Positions 16,166 to 16,551 of a stretch of 16,551 nt of DNA are shown piece after piece. The stretch lies in IMG/VR virus record IMGVR_UViG_2802429241_000002. The stretch is one strand, 5' to 3'. Each line of letters starts with the position of its first letter. Position 1 is the first letter of the stretch. Source of the DNA: a virus (Duplodnaviria; Heunggongvirae; Uroviricota; Caudoviricetes). Under the pieces are notes generated by a model, which did not search any database, was not told the origin of the DNA, and saw only the letters and a program-made list of their open reading frames with translations. Made by a program: the position numbers and the translations under genes.

Positions 16166-16446
16166 AATATTGTGGTGCTTTTTGTGAGAGTCATCCACTT
16201 ACGCACTTTGTTTTGCTATGCCAGCAGTTAGCTTCTGCTGTAAAACTATTCATGCAGCAAACCTGCACTTCACCACAATGGTTAGCATACTTTTCCTGAT
16301 TAAGTTATTACCAAATATGCTGGCCATTGTTTCATGTATTGGACCTCCTTACTCTTTATTAAAGAGATCCAATATTCACCACTCTGTCTGTATCTCCACT
16401 CAGGCATCAGCCTTCTTCGTTATCGTATACAGACAAACTATGAATT

Positions 16447-16551
16447 TTAATCATTAATGATGACATTTGCTGCTGCAGGACCTTTAGCACCACTCTCTAC
16501 AGAGAAGGTAACCTTTTGACCTTCAAATAAGGTTCGATAATTATCATTCTG
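16447..16551 (-). CDS. cold-shock protein (CspA family), C-terminal 34 codons (gene continues beyond window end)
   Basis: Minus-strand translation ...[34 protein letters not shown] matches the conserved C-terminal half of CspA-family proteins (CspA ...[37 protein letters not shown]). Confidence 0.85.
   Translation of the reverse strand, partial: QNDNYRTLFEGQKVTFSVESGAKGPAAANVIIND

Noticed and set aside
15693-16447. Possible Shiga toxin or other cargo genes in the interval upstream of S
   Set aside because: The interval is only ~750 bp and contains just the small zinc-ribbon ORF, mini-ORFs and a terminator; nothing resembling stxA/stxB is present.
16218-16457. 79-aa plus-strand ORF between the terminator and csp
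   Set aside because: No SD, hydrophobic low-complexity translation, overlaps the csp 3' end on the opposite strand; the region is better explained as the csp downstream region.
1-16551. CRISPR arrays, tRNA genes, IS elements, integrase or att sites
   Set aside because: No direct-repeat/spacer periodicity, no cloverleaf-compatible segments noticed in intergenic regions, and no transposase-like ORFs; the window is internal to the prophage late region so att sites are not expected.

Overview
This window is the late (morphogenesis + lysis) region of a lambdoid prophage of an enterobacterial host, almost entirely encoded on the minus strand. Read in the direction of transcription (high to low coordinate) it contains: the 3' end of a cold-shock (Csp) gene, a small plus-strand zinc-ribbon ORF, a phage-21/933W-type lysis cassette (dual-start pinholin S, SAR endolysin R, nested Rz/Rz1) interrupted by two unassigned genes, a ~640 bp non-coding interval with a lambda-like cos site, terminase small and large subunits, gpW-like connector, portal, a fused ClpP-type prohead protease-scaffold-major capsid protein, two small head/connector proteins, then lambda-type tail genes Z, U, V, G/GT, H (tape measure), M and the start of L. 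Tail proteins M, V, U, G, the H C-terminus and Rz/Rz1 closely match my recollection of phage lambda, whereas the head module is of a different (fused protease-capsid) type, so the element is mosaic. All homology statements are from reading the translations against remembered protein sequences; no database search was run. The most unusual part is the two-gene insertion between holin and endolysin (a 183-aa acidic protein plus a convergent plus-strand 86-aa gene with its own RBS and terminator). Other points worth checking are the non-canonical G-T frameshift site, the variant cosN, intrinsic terminators after the capsid and major tail genes, and the small ORFs between csp and S.
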